Made by a program: the position numbers and the translations under genes. The notes beneath the pieces were generated by a model. That model did no database searches. It saw nothing but the letters and a program-made list of their open reading frames with translations, and was not told the origin of the DNA. Positions 12,526 through 26,844 of a stretch of DNA of 64,000 nt are shown here, piece by piece. Position 1 is the first letter of the stretch, and each line of letters begins with the position of its first letter. Source of the DNA: Azolla caroliniana (lineage: Eukaryota; Plantae; Polypodiophyta); assembly GCA_043228905.1 (NCBI GenBank), contig JBHGNT010000009.1:13888001-13952000 (forward strand). Reading direction: 5' to 3'.

Positions 12526-12934
12526 AACGGGCGAAGGAGTGCAAGTGAAGCGGTCGACTTGACTTCTTCTATTATGAGAGGGTAAATAGTCGAGGTTGAC
12601 CCAAGACACGACACAAACGGTAGTGCTGGCGAGAAACCCACGCGATCCCCACCAGGAAAGTGAGCGGTTGCGACCCCCACTGAAACTAGAAGGTGAGCGA
12701 TCGAAATCAGTCCTCGCCAACAGAAAGTGGGGCAAGACTTAAACTATAACGAAAATGCAGTGCAAGCGAGCAATGATCCATTCCCCACCAGGAAAGTGAG
12801 CGGTTGTGACCCCCACCGGAACTGGGAAGGTGAGAGATCGAAAGCAATCCTCACCAAAACCATGATGCAAAATGATACCTAAAAATGATGACAAGTAGTG
12901 TTGATGACGACGATGGTTGGGCGAAGAGTTGCTG

Positions 12935-13110
12935 AAAATGATGACATCGAAGACAAGGATGTTGATGATGGTAACTCCGGAAGCAAGGACGGTGATGATG
13001 ATAACTCTAGAAGCAAAGTCAATGACGAAGAGAAGGATGTTGATGCCGGTAACTCTGGAAACAAGGATAGTGATGATGGTAACTCTAGAAGCAATGGTGA
13101 TGATGAAGAT
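12935..13110. repeat. Degenerate ~30-bp GAT-rich tandem repeat
   Basis: Repeated AAGGATGTTGATGATGGTAACTCT(A/G)GAAGC variants. Confidence 0.7.
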
Positions 13111-13244
13111 GGGCGGTGCTCCTAGTTGGAAGGGGTTCAAACTATCACGGACACACCAACCGCGGACTAGGACAGAGCACAGATTATGGGCTACGAGCGA
13201 CGGATGAACTTGGAGCTAGATGTGACGAGGCTAGGAACTCTAGA

Positions 13245-13565
13245 TGTTGTGAGTGACATGAGGGCATGAAGACAGAAATAAAGATCAAGGAGACAAAGAT
13301 GAGGTGAAATGAGAATACTAGATTGATGTGTCAATTGACTAGTGTTGAATCCCTTGAAAGGGACCAAGGATGTTACAAGTATTTATACAATTTCCGAGAT
13401 TGATTATCTCTAGAATATACTCGAGAAATATCTCGAGAATATACCCGTTTAGAATATACCACATAATAATTCTAGAATATACTAACGACTAGAATATTCT
13501 TGAATGTACTATACACTAGACTCTACAATATATACAAGTTCATAATCAAATGTGGACAATTCACA
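13245..13565 (-). mobile_element. Probable solo LTR remnant (gypsy-type, TCTAGAAT-rich)
   Basis: Minus TGTGAA start, TCTAGAATA repeats, TATAAATA box and TCAACACTAGTC motif, the last shared with 32805-33060. No TSD found; boundaries approximate. Confidence 0.5.
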
Positions 13566-13639
13566 AGAGTTTCCATATGGTTAACACAACACAATGTACT
13601 ATGTGTGTTAAAAGTTAGAGGTTCCAGTCTAGAATGTGA

Positions 13640-15101
13640 CAAGTGCACCGGTTGTTTAGTCGAGCAGCATAACAAAACCTCCTTCTGATCAAGACCCCCG
13701 ATGAGAAAGAAGGCACCATTGGAACTCATGCATATAGATGTATGTTATGTAGATACAAAGTCTCATGCTGGTTCACAGTATTTCGTGACCTTCATAGACG
13801 ATTGTAGCAGGAAGTTGTGGGCTTCTGTATTGAAGACCAAGGACTAGGGGTTGTCGGTCTTCAAGGAGTTCCAAGTGAGAGCCGAGAGAGAGATTAGACG
13901 CAAGCTGAAAGCGGTTCGAGCAGATAACGGAGGAGAATACCAAGGATAGTTCGAGGACCACTTCAATCAAAGGGTATCTGGCTCGAATACACCATGCCGA
14001 AGACGCTAGAGCTGAACGGATTGCTTGAAAGAATGAATCAGACCATCATGGAGAGAATCTGGAGCATGCTTGCACATGCAAAACTGTCCAAGACATTTTG
14101 GGCTGAAGTGCTGATGATAGCGGTTTATGTGATAAATAGATCACCCTCAGTACCCTTGGACAAAGATATTCCACAAAGGGTGTGGACCGGCAAAGATGTG
14201 TGGTACCGACATCTGAGGGTGTTCGGTTGTCTTGCCTATGTGCATGTTGGAAAGGACGAGAGGGGAAAACTTGAGTCTAAAACTCGGCCATGCATATTCC
14301 TAGGATATGGCGACAATGAGTTCGGTTACCGGCTATGGGACTTAGCCAAGAAGAAAATGATTTGGAACTGAGACATAGTCTTCATGGAGGAGAAGAATAT
14401 TGTTGACTGGGAGAAGGAGAAGTCGAATACATCCTCCCAGTTAGTCAGAAGTCGAATGCCGACTGAAGAACAAGGTGAACCAACCTGATTCGGAGAAGAG
14501 GAAGGACCTAATGAGGCGGTTGGTGGGAATGGAGGAATGGGATACCCTCTAAGTGATAGAAGGCCCCCTCGAAGATTTTCAGAGAAGGAATGTGTCTTGT
14601 TAACCGACCAGGGGGAGCCAGAAAGCTTCGAGGAAGCAAGGAGGGACACCCACAACAAAGAGTGGCTAAGTGTCATGCAGGGGGAAATGGATTCCTTGCA
14701 TGAGAACCACACATATGAGCTGACGGAGTAGCTGAAAGGAAAGAGGGCACTCTAGAATAAGTGGGTGTATAAACTAAAACTGGGAGATGGCGGAAATCCA
14801 CCAAGGTATAAAGCCCACATTGTGGTGAAGGGCTTCAAGTAGAAGAAAGGAGTGGATTTTGACGAGATTTTGGCCCCGGTGGTGAAGATGACATTCATTC
14901 GGACGGTGCTGAGCGTAGCAACCAGCATGGGCCTCGAAGTCAAACAACTGGATATCAACACGACCTTTCTGCATGGTGATCTTGAAGATGAGATATACAT
15001 GCAACAACTAGAAGGATTCATCGAAAAGGGGAAGGAGAACCTGGTATGACGGTTGAGGAAGAGCCTTTACGGACTCAAGCAGATTCCCTGGCAATGGTAC
15101 T
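13640..15101 (+). pseudogene. pol: Tnt1/Tork-like copia pol fragment (IN, RT N-terminus); continues at 27807
   Basis: Motifs LELMHIDVC, YFVTFIDD, FWAEV, CIFLGYGDNEFGYRLWD and KQLDINTTFLHGDLEDEIYM, with many stops. Confidence 0.88.
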
Positions 15102-16335
15102 TATTAGAGACCTGAACTAATGTAAGCATAAAATATGGATAAAAGATAGATCTAGATAGAAAGGAAAGAGAGAAAGAAGGGTGTCAATCCACCCGACCAC
15201 CCCCGAGCAAAGGGATCGAGACAAACTCGAGCCTCGATCGGCTTCCCATACCACCTCCGTGGTGTCAAGCCGTACCTGGTGCTGGCGTGCTCGCTACAAG
15301 AGTTGACCCACCACAAGACAGAGTCTCGACGTAGTCAACCAGATGATGAAATGAGGGTAGCTAGGCCTCTTATTTATAGCGATACCCAAGGCCCCCAAGC
15401 AAGTTCACACTTGGCCTAATGGGTTGTCTCAATCCCGAGGATTAAATCCTCCCCTTCTTTACACTCTCCTTCTTTACACTCTCGTTTAATTCCTCCCTTT
15501 TAATTCCTCCCCTTCTTTACACTCTCGTTTAACCCTCACACTTATCCACGTGTATAGAATACTACGGTAAATTCTCACCACGGGATATTATATGGTCATG
15601 CCCGTAACATACTCCCCCCTCTTTAAAACATTGCACTCTTGCAATGGAAAGTTAGGGAAGTTTGTTCTGAGAGTATTTTCGTGTTCCTATGTGGCATCTT
15701 TTATTGATTTTTCCATCTATTTTATTTTAAATTCTTGGATTTATTTAGTACGTAATTTTTTTGTTTTAACATCGAGAATTCTTTCTGGTACATGTGGTTT
15801 AGAAGATAATTCTTCAGAAGTAACCAGAGTTTCAGTTGTAACTATATTGTCGCCAGAACCTAGAAGTTCTTTTAGACGACTCACATGAAAAACTGGATGA
15901 ATTTCAACACCATCGGAAAGAGCGAGACGATAGGCTGATGACCCAATGCGTTTGAGGACTATAAAAGGTCCACAAAACTATTGGGCTAACTTAGCGCACT
16001 TACCCTTAGACAATGTCTTAGAATTGTGAGGTACACGTAAAAATACCTTCTGTCCAGGGTTGAATACACGAGGTTGTCTATAATGATTGGCATAAAAACG
16101 CACTCTATCTTGAGCTATTTTTATATTATCTCGTGCAATATGCAACATATCTTGCATATCCCGAAGAAAGTTTTGCGTACTTCGTAACTCATCATGATGT
16201 ATATTAAGATCAATCGGGGCTCGTGGTTGAAAACCATACATCAACATAAAAGGACCATATCCTGTCGACATATGCTTCGAGTTGTTATAAGCAAACTCCA
16301 ATATTGGGAGATAATGTTCTCATTTTGTTGGTTTT

Positions 16336-16417
16336 TGTAAAAGAATACGTGTGCGGAAGTGTGTGCGTAAACGCAGAGTAGTTCAGTAAACACAGAAAAC
16401 ACAGAGATGGAGATGGA

Positions 16418-16454
<37 letters not shown>

Positions 16455-19400
16455 TATAGATCAAATTCAAAATAATTCTTTGTTCTATACATACTTCGTG
16501 CTTAGTGAGCACCTTATATACAAGCCTTGACAATCGGGCTGACACAAGTACTGACAATACTTGAATGCTCATACAAACTCCCAAAATTATTCCTTTACAC
16601 ACCAATACGGCCAAGTTGTGCGTACTAACTTACGCGTCCAGTCTATGCACTGGGTTACGCGCCGTATTACGCACCCAGTGTTGAGCTTGTCACTCAACAC
16701 TCCCCCTCAAGCTCAACTTGAGGTTCCACCTGCTCCGCCGGATCTACGCTCCTGTTCCTTCTGGCTTTCGCCTCGCTCGCGTTCCTCGACCCGTTTGATT
16801 CCACGTGCCTTGACCCTTCCAGTCGACTTGTCTACTCATCTGGCCCTTCTCAGCTCCCTTGTTGTCGCGGTGTCGGCGCGTCCTTCGTTGCCCTTTTCTC
16901 CGCATGACGTTCAGTTGATTTGGCGTATCAGAATCGAACACTTCCGATTCAATTCCGCTCTCATTCGAATTGGCTGTCTCCAATTCGTCTCCTGTCTTTA
17001 GGCCTTTGACTACATGAAACCACATCTTGGTCTTGGTCTATACGCCCTTCTTGGTTGTATCTCCCCCTGATTTGGCTGTCCTCGGCTCTTCCCTACGATT
17101 GCGGCTCTTGCTTTCTTCTTCGGCTTCTTCGGCCGGTCCGAAATCGAATTCTTCATCCGATTCCTCATCACGGTCACTTCCGCCATGATGAACACCTCCG
17201 CTCCTTTCACGCTCTTGTCCGTATTCTTCCTTTCTCCCCCTCAAGTTCGGCGTGTCGAGGTGACGCAACCCAAGCGCACCTGAGAAATGCCGTAACTTGT
17301 CAAGACCAAGAGGTTTTGTGAAGTGTCGGCAATCTACCGATCAGTCGAAACATGCACCAATTCGACTTCACCTGAAAGGACCCGCTCGCGGACAAAATGG
17401 TAATGCACCTCAATGTGCTTTGTCCGGGTGTGGAAAACGGGGTTTTTCGCAAGATGGATATTGCTGAGGTTGTCACAAAAGATCGTTGTTGGATTAGACA
17501 CCTCTACTTGCAGATCTCGTAATAGCCGTTTCAGCCAAATGACTTCGCATGTAGCGACAATCGCCCCTCGATATTCGGCCTTTGTGCTCGACTATGCTAC
17601 TGTCGGCTGCTTCTTACTGCTCCATGCGATCGCCGCACTTCCCAGTGAGAATGCGTATCCAGATGTGGATCTACGATCGTGGGCATTTCCGGCCCAATCA
17701 GCATCTATGTAGCCGACTAACTATTTGGCTACGCTTGCTCGATATAGCAACGCCGTGTCTTTTGTGACTGTGACATATCGTAATATCCTTTGCGCGTAGC
17801 GAAAGTGTTCGACCGTAGGCTGCGACATGAATTGACCGATTAGGTTGAATGGATAACTAAGATCTGGCCGAGTAATCGTCAGATAGATAAGGCTTCTGAC
17901 AATATGTCGGAACCGTGTCGGGTCGCATGCCATTCCCGAATCTCGGCGAAGCTTTACGTTTCTGTCCAGAGGGGCCGAGATGGGCTTACAGTTTGCCATC
18001 CCGAACTTGAAGAGCATATTCAGTGCATAATGACACTAACTGATCAATATGCCTTCGGGGTTGTGGATCACTTCGATCCTGAGGAAGTAATGAAGGTCAC
18101 CAAGATCCTTCATTTCGAATGATGCCGCAAGCTAAGACTTTACGCGGTGGATTGCTTCTAGATCGGCACCGGCAATGACTAAATCATCAACATACAATAG
18201 AAGACTAACCGTTCCATATTGACCTTGCCGAACAAACAGAGAAGAGTCTGATTTCGACGGCGCAAACCCCATCTTACGCAGTTGTTGCGTAATCTTCGTG
18301 TTCCAAGGTTGCGGGGCTTGCTTAAGTCCGTAGAGTGACTTCTTCAATCGGCAAACTGCCGAAGTATTTTGTTCAGATAGAAATCCGGGGGGCTGTACTA
18401 TATACACCTGTTCCTCAAGATCACCTTGCATGAATGCATTCTTCACATCCATCTGATGTAAGTGCCACCCCTTCGCTGCTGCTACGGCTAGTAGGACTCG
18501 CACGGTAGTCATCTTCACGACAGGCGTGAAGATCTCGTCATAGTCCACGCCGTGCTTCTGCGCGTAGCCTTTTGCTACTAAACAGGCCTTGTAGCGGTTG
18601 ACGGAGCCGTCCGTATTGTGATTCACTTTATACACCCACCGGCAACCAATCGGCTTCACACTCTTCAGTGCATCAACCAAGTCCCATGTCTCGTTCTGCG
18701 TTAAGGCGCAAATCTCTTCCTCCATCACGGCACGCCAATTTGTGTCTCTCACCGCTTCTGCGTAGCTCTCCGGCTCATGCACTTCCGCCACTCGCATCAT
18801 ATGCGCATAATGGTGTGCCACGTATTCATTATACCTGTATCTCTTTATGGGGTTCTTTAGGCGGGTAGATCGGCGTAATTTGTGATTACCCGATTTCGCG
18901 ACCTTTTCGGCTACTGTTGACCTCTTGCGTGGAGGTTCCTTTCCAGTTTGCCCGTAGTTAGACTCGCTCCAATCTGACTCGGCACTACCAAAGCCATATT
19001 CTAGAATTTTCTTCTTGCCCTTCTCTTTACGCGTAAACCGTCTCCTCGGTTCTTTACGTGGGGACATCACGACTGAGTCTCCACTACTTGCCGTCTCATC
19101 ATCAGGTTGGCCATCTCGGCCCAACCTTTCATTCGGCCCGCTTAGCCGAAATGAGATCGGACTCTCTCTCAGAGCTCCGGTGTCCTCATCATGCGGAGGC
19201 ATTTCAACCTCGCTGATCTCTTCTTCAGAAATCGGAATGGAGTCTTGAGGTACTGGAGGTGAAGGCAAGTGCCACGAAGCAGATTCGTCGAACATGACAT
19301 CTCGACTTACGTGTACTTCCTTTGTTCGGGGGCTATAACATTTATACCCCTTTTGTTCGTCTGGATAGCTGACTAAGATGCACTTTTCGGCTTTGGCGTC

Positions 19401-22062
19401 TAGCTTCCTCCTCTTTTCCTTCGGCACATGCACATATGCAATGCTACCGAAGATCCTCAAATGTGCCAAGTTCGGCTTCTTCTTGAAATACAGCTCATAT
19501 GGCGATACTCCTCCATTAGCAGAAATCTGATTCTGCAGGTAGACAACCATCTTCACGGCTTCAGCCCAATAGAATTTCGGCATATGCTTCTCTTCAAGCA
19601 TTGCCCTAGCCGCTTCTTCGATTGTCCGATTCTTCCTTTCGGTTACGCCGTGCTGCTCCGGCGTATATCTACACGAGAATTCACGCCAAATTCTCTCCTT
19701 CGGTAGATAACTCGTGAACTGGTCTGAGAAGTACTCCTTCTCGCCATCGGACCATAGGCATTTGATCTTACACCCCGTTTCCCTTTCCGCAAGGCTCTTC
19801 ACCTTCAGGAAACATGTGAAGACTTCGCTCTTCTTCTCAATCGTACATGCCCACGTGTGCCGAGTGAAGTCATCGATGAAGGTTACAAAGTAACGGCTTC
19901 CATCGAGACTTACGTTCTGTGCCGATCCCCACACATCTGAATGGATCAAGTCCACCGGACTTCGACTACGATTACGCTCATTGGGGAATGGAAGTTGGTG
20001 CTGTTTTCCCATCTGAGAGACTTCGCAGACTTGGGCATTACGACCCCGAAATTTCGGCAATTCAAACACGATGTTCTTTGCCTGCATTTCATGAAGCCGT
20101 GGGAAATTTACGTGGCTGAACCGCTTGTGCCACAGGTCGATATCCGATTCGACCTTTTGTCCTTTCGCGTACAACGCGGTTTTGGCTTGATTAGTGTCGA
20201 GGATAAACATCCTCCCTTCATGGCGCCCTTGCGCGATCACTTTACCTTCCTCTTCTATGAAGCAGCCGAGGTGCGTGAATCAAACTTGTATACCTTGGTC
20301 GACAATCTAACCGATCGACACCAGGTTCTTGGTTATTGACAGGACATGCAAGACGTTCATTAGCTTCCCTTTTTGCCCGACGTGGCTGAGGGGAACTTCG
20401 CCGACATGTTCAATGGTATCGGGGTGTCATCTCCCGTTTCGACAACCCCTCATGATTCCGGCTTCTCCAAGTACGAGAACCATTCCTCATGACTTGTCAT
20501 ATGATTCAATACTCCGGAATCCACACACCACACCTCGCTCGATTTCAAGGTGTTCACGACCATTGAGTTGGCCTTATGCTTCATTATGAAGGCAAGGCCC
20601 ATTCCATTTCCAGCTCGTTCCGAGCCTTTTGCGTAGTGCGACTTCTGACGCCTTCCTGTGTGTCTTCCGCTCGATCCAGCTTTGTCTGAATCAGCTTGTT
20701 TCTTCCAGCACTCGCTCTCCTTGTGGCCTTTCTTGCCACAGTACCAGCATTTTGACGTGGCCTTCTCTTGCCGTCTTCCGGTGCCGCCATGAATCCCCCT
20801 ACTTCCGAAGGGTTTGGAATTGCTTCCGGAATCTCAATTATGCCGTCCATTCTGCTCCTTTCGGCCGCCTCCATTGTGTGCCGATCCGCCTCATCCACCA
20901 TGACCACAGGGCCTATCATCCTCCGTGTAGAGCATCTTGCCATCGGTGTGCGCACTCATCGATGCACCCGCATAGTTTTCTTCTACGAGCAACATTGACT
21001 GAAGCTCGAAGAACGAAGGTGTATTCTCCCTCGTACAGACCACCGTTCGGAAAGCTCTAAACCTGGACGCTAGCCCACCAAGGCACGCTTGCACCATCTC
21101 ATCCTCCTCAACGTTCACGTTGACAGAAGCGAGTGAGTCACAGATTTCCTTGATTTGGGCCCTGTAATCAACCACAGACAGATCCCTCTGTCGGACATTG
21201 ATGAGCTCCTGCCTGAGTTGCAGCTTCCTGGCTGTTGTGCTTGCGGCGAAAATCTTTTTGAGATTCGCCCATGCGTCCTTTGGCGTCTTCGCATCCCGAA
21301 TATAGCTCAATAGCTGGTCGCTCACACAGGATGCAAAGCAGTAGAGAACTCTGCTTACCGCTTGTTCCCAAGCCGAAAAATCTCTGTGTGTCGAATCGGG
21401 TGCTACATCATTAGCTCCTTCGACATAACTCCAGTAGCCGTGACCAAGCAGGTACTGGTGCATCTTGTACGACCAAGATGCGTAGTTGCTCCTGTCGAGC
21501 TTTTCAGTCAGTAGTGAGCTTCCCATACCTCTATCCATATTGCTGTCTTTTTCTTTTCCGAAAAAAAATGAAGAACAACTTCAACTCTATTTTGTCGCAA
21601 GCTTTTCTTGTCGGTTGCAGAGGACTTCAACCCTCGCGCTCTGATACCATGTAAAAGAATACGTTGTGCGGAAGCGTGTGCGTAAACGCAGAGTAGTTCA
21701 GTAAACACAGAAAACATAGAGATGGAGATGGAGAGGGAGAGAGAGAGAGACACACACACACACACACACTATAGATCAAATTCAAAATAATTCTCTGTTC
21801 TGTACATACTTCGTGCTCAGTGAGCACCTTATATACAGGCCCTGACAATTGGGCTGACACAAGTACTAACAATACTTGAATGCTCATAAATGAGCAGTCT
21901 ACACAAACTCCCAAAATTATTCCTTTACGAGGAATAACGCTCTAACGGCCTTTCGGTTTACACACCGATACGGCCAAGTTGTGCGTACTAACTTACGCGT
22001 CCAGTCTACGCACTGGGTTACGCGCCGTATTATGCACCCAATGTTGAGCTTGCCACTCAACA
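16336..22062 (-). mobile_element. Full-length Ty1/copia (subfamily B) nested in a gypsy integrase
   Basis: LTRs 21650-22062 and 16336-16699. TSD GTTTT at 16331-16335 and 22063-22067. PBS at 21638-21649. PPT at 16700-16708. Confidence 0.97.
16744..21538 (-). pseudogene. gag-pol: copia gag-pol with stops, frameshifts and a C-terminal extension
   Basis: gag 20891-21538, IN-RT ORF 18132-20240 and RNase H around 17250-17720. Confidence 0.93.
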
Positions 22063-22067
22063 GTTTT

Positions 22068-25000
22068 GCACCAACGTATGCTCAAAGCATGTCCTCAATA
22101 ATTTGATTGACTCGTTTTGTCTGTCCATCGGATTGAGGATGATCCGTGGAGTTCATGCTCAATGTAGTTTCTAACTTCTTTAAGACTTGCATCCAGAAGT
22201 CACTAGTAAACTTTGGATCTCGATCACTCACGATATATATCAGTAACCCATAAAAACGAAATAACTCGTCAAAGAATTGGTAAGACAATTCATGAGCTGT
22301 TACCGTGGTTTTAGTAGCAATAAATTTGGCCATTTTAGTTAGTCTATCAACCACAACCCAGATGGCATCATGACCTTTTTGGGTGCGAGGAAGGCTAACA
22401 ATAAAATCCATGGATATACTTTCCCACTTATTATTGGGAATGTCCAAGGGATGTAAAAGTACTGCGGATTTAAGTCGCTTGGCTTTGTTAACCTGACATT
22501 GGTGACATTTAGTCACATAATTATGTATGTCAGGGCGCATCTTAGGCCAATAGAATTGAGTGGAGATGAGAACGAGTGTACGATGTATTCTAGGGTGCCC
22601 TGCTGAGGGTGCATCATGGCATTAAAAATGATTCTCTTTTCGACCTCAAGAAAATCTGGAACACAAACCTTCCCATTACGGTAGAGCAGACCATTAGCAA
22701 TGTGGAAGTATTCCTTTGAGGATGTGGTGGTATCTGTTCTAGACTCAACTCTTGCCCAGTATTTTGCAAAATAACTGTCATTAGGATACTGTCCTTGAAG
22801 GTGATCATAAAGATATGATGTTATTTCAGTGAAGCTAAGCATGTTAACTTCACAGATGCGACTTAGTGCATCAATGACAGTGTTCATGGAACCTTTACAA
22901 TATCGTATGGAAAAATCAAAGTCCTGGATGAGATCAGCCCATTGTGCCCTATGACCTTTCAGGTCTTGTTGGTCACAAAAATATTTCAAGGACTCGTGGT
23001 CTGTAGTTACCACAAAGCAATTTCCATAAAGATAATGGCACCATGTTTTGAGCGGTATACTGACATTGAGCAGAATCAAGTTTCTTACTCTCGAATGCTA
23101 TTGGTTTACCATCTTGATATAAGATAGCACCTATAGCATAATCGCTTGCATCGATTTCAACCTCAAAAGGTTTTGAAGGATCAGGTAGAAGAAGTGAAGG
23201 AGCCTTGCACACAAGGTCCTTGAGTTCCTTAAAGGCGAGGTCTAGTGTAGCATTCTAGACAATAGGTTTTGTAGACTTACGCGTTTGACCTTTTAGAAGA
23301 TCAGTAAACAACGCCGTCAATTGGGAGTAATTACAAAGGGATTTTCGCAAAAACCCGACAAAACCAAGGAATGATCGAACTTCTCGAATGTTTTGAGGAG
23401 TGGGCCAAAGCTTGATTTTCTCGATGCGAGAAGGATCAATTTCAACTCCTCGTTCGGTTATGAGATGTCCAAGATAAGTAATTGATTTCTTGAAGAACTC
23501 ACATTTTGAGATCTTCTCATAAAACTGTTTGTCACGCAATGTTTGTAAAACAAAGCGGACATGTCTAGCATGTTCTTGTAATGTACGACTATAAACTAAA
23601 ATATCATCCAAGAAAATAATGACAAATTGTCCAAGTTGTTCTCGGAAAATGTCATTCATTTCTTGTTGAAATGTAGCCGGAGCATTGGTCAAACCAAAAG
23701 GCATAACCAAAAACTCATAATAGCCATAGCACGTACGAAATGCCGTTTTAGGAACATCATCCTCACTTATACGTATTTGATGGTAGCCAGTACGGAGATC
23801 AAGTTTCGTAAAATACCGAGCTCTCTGGAGACGGTCAATTAGATCGTTAGCCTGGGGCAATGGATACGATCAAGTTTCTTTTTAACCAAGAGAACTGGTG
23901 CAACCCATGGAGATTTACTATAACGTATATAACCCATTCATAAATAGTCCTTGAGTTGCTTAGATACCTCATCCTCTTCGGATCGACTTAAGCGATTTAG
24001 GAGGTATACTTATTGGTGCAACGCTAGGTACAATATCTATATGATGGTCTATATTACGTTTAGGAGGTAACCCATCTGGTAGTTCACTTGGAAAAACATC
24101 ACGAAAATCATTTACGATTTCATCAAGTTGTTGTTCAAAATATGTTAATTGAACCGAGACATTATCGATATTGTAAACGTGAATGTCCGGATCAAGTACA
24201 CAATAAAATAGAGTAAAACAAGACAACTCGGATATTGATGGAGAGGAAACAATCGAGAGGGATTGTTTTTTTACACATTGAATAAAATGAGTACAATCAT
24301 TTAGTACAAAAGTTATTGAATGATGAACCCAATGAATAGATAAAGAGGAGTTTTTATCATAGAACCAGGGATAACCCAAGATTACATCAGTGGTACAAAG
24401 ATTCATTACATGGAAGTCTACTTTCTCTATATAAGAATCAATAGAAATTCCTAATGAATGAATTGCCCCGTTAATGTATTGTACTCTTCCATCAACCAAG
24501 TGCACCCTATAGGTGTGATCACTTACGGTGGGTTGGATTCCCCATATTTGAACCAAACGATCATTCACAAAATTGTGTGAGCTTCCCGAATCAAACAAAA
24601 ATTATACGAGAAATCCATTGATATACCAGTTTGCACGTAGTAAATCGTTGGGACCCAATACATAGTGAGGGAAAGAACATTGACAATTACTTAAATGATG
24701 TGTATAGACCTAAAGGACATTAGCAATTTGACCTTTATGGTCTGCAACTTTACCTTTGCTGTCGTGCTCTTTCTGTTGGAGCTTTCGACATTGCTCTTTT
24801 GTATGACCCTTCTTTTTGTAGAATACGCAAAAAGGATGTTGTCATTTACAATCGCGATCCATGAATTCGTTGGGTGTCTTGCGTTTCCCAACGGATTGCG
24901 ACTGCTTAGTCCCGGGCGCTTCGTTGGGTTTGTTATGGTCCTTCTTCGAAGTGCATTGATAGCGAAGAACTATTTCAACGGCCTCTTCAAAGGATTTTGG

Positions 25001-25670
25001 ATCCTTATCGTGCACTATCCAGTGATAGTCCGAATTGGGGATGCCATTGACAAAACAAGCTATTAACCAATTGTCCCCTTCTAGACCCGCTTTTTGGATT
25101 TGGGTTCTAACATGGTGGACATAGTCTTCTAGCAAAGAAAATTTCCTACTAGAGAGGTTCATTAAAGCTTGAGCTGCCTCGGTTCGAGAGGGAGGTTGCA
25201 GAAATTGGCCCTTAAAAACTGTGACAAAATCTGTCCAGGTATTGGGCAATTTCCCCAAAGTTCGGAGCTCACGCCACTAGGCGGCGGCCTTACCCCTAGT
25301 TCTCGACTGACATATGCAATCTTCGTACTATCTGGCGTGGGATAGAGCTCAAAATGAGACTCCCATCGGCCCAACCACGTGTAGATTGCTTCTTCGGTTC
25401 TTTCCTTTTTTTCTCTTGTAAATGGCTTAACGACAAACGATGGTTCACCCTATTGCTCATCAGGTCCATTAGTCTCACGTTGTAAACTAATGACACATGC
25501 CTCGAGAGCACTTTGAGATTGCCGAAGTTCGGTCATCTGTTGAGTGGTGAAACTAAGGTATTGGGTTATTTGTGAAAAATACATCTCAATGGACATTTGT
25601 CTAGGAGGATTTCCTTGAGTTCCTTCCGCTTGAGCAGATGACATTGGGTCTTTATTTTGAGCCATTGAAT
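22068..25670 (-). pseudogene. gag-pol: gypsy gag-PR-RT-RH-IN (IN C-terminus and chromodomain continue at 15625-16335)
   Basis: Motifs [51 protein letters not shown] and VSDRDPKF. Frameshifted. Confidence 0.93.
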
Positions 25671-26844
25671 GATTATTTCTAGCAAAGAAATAGGATAAGG
25701 TCAGACAAATTGTCATAACATCATGTCGTGATGTAAACATATCATGGACAAACAATAATCGATATCATGATCTCACGTCAATACACTTCTAGACATATGA
25801 GATGAGGTTCAAGATCAGGTTACTATGGTAACACAAAGGTGTTTTAAAAACCATGGGGGTGACAAATGAATGTCTTTCCATGATCTCTATATCGATTTTT
25901 TTATGGTGGCTCCCCGAGGCTCAACCGTGTATGTTCGCATCATGAATAGTTTATACATGAAAAAAATGTTAACAATAAACTATGTTTCTGTGTCCACATA
26001 TATGGTGCTCTTTAAGTCATATTACGAGGACCCCGAAGTGCATTTAGACCTCAAGTCTAAACATGTGTTATAGCCATATGTGTCAACGATGTTGTATGGT
26101 CTTGGTTATATTTGAACTCGAGACCTCAAGAACAAATGCATTAAACACTTGAGCCAACCAAGTAGGTTGCTCTTCTTGAATGTTTAATGTTCATGCGTAT
26201 AAGAGATATGCGAGCCATTTGCCCATATATGTTTTTCTAAAAGAAACATATATGTCAAGAGTCCTTATTTCCCCCTCGTTTACTACAAAATATGTTGGTA
26301 CGTCACCTAACCTCAAGTCTCGTAATTACGATGGCATACGCCAAAGTGCAACCTAATGGTCAAGCCAAATGAGCCCTCTTTTCGTAGTAGGCCCACGTGG
26401 CCCATCAGATGGTTACGTCGTTACGAATGCCTCTCGTAAGAATGATCTCATGGTGGCATCGTATCCATGTAACGAGGGAGGGATGTTGGATATGTGTGTC
26501 ATAGGAGCGACCTCACATGAAGTGGGTCAAGCCCTATGCTCTCAACATCATTGTGGCTATAGGCATTTCTTTACATAATAACATTGAAGTCACCAACGGG
26601 AATGTCAACAATAAAAAATTGTTGAAAAAAGGGATGGTGACAATGCCATTCTCACAAAAATGTGCGGACGCCATTCTCACAAAAAAGGAAAACATTCGAT
26701 ATTAAAATCACGTAATAACTTACATACACATATGTATATTATCACATATATACGCTCAATACGTATACACGTGACCACATATGCGTATATTAAACAAATT
26801 GTTACATCAAATAGCCATAAATGATATAATCGAGATATGTAATC

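Noticed and set aside
26100-26165. tRNA-like A/B boxes on minus (TGGCTCAAGTG...GAGTTCAAAT)
   Set aside because: Too degenerate, with no cloverleaf; may be chance.
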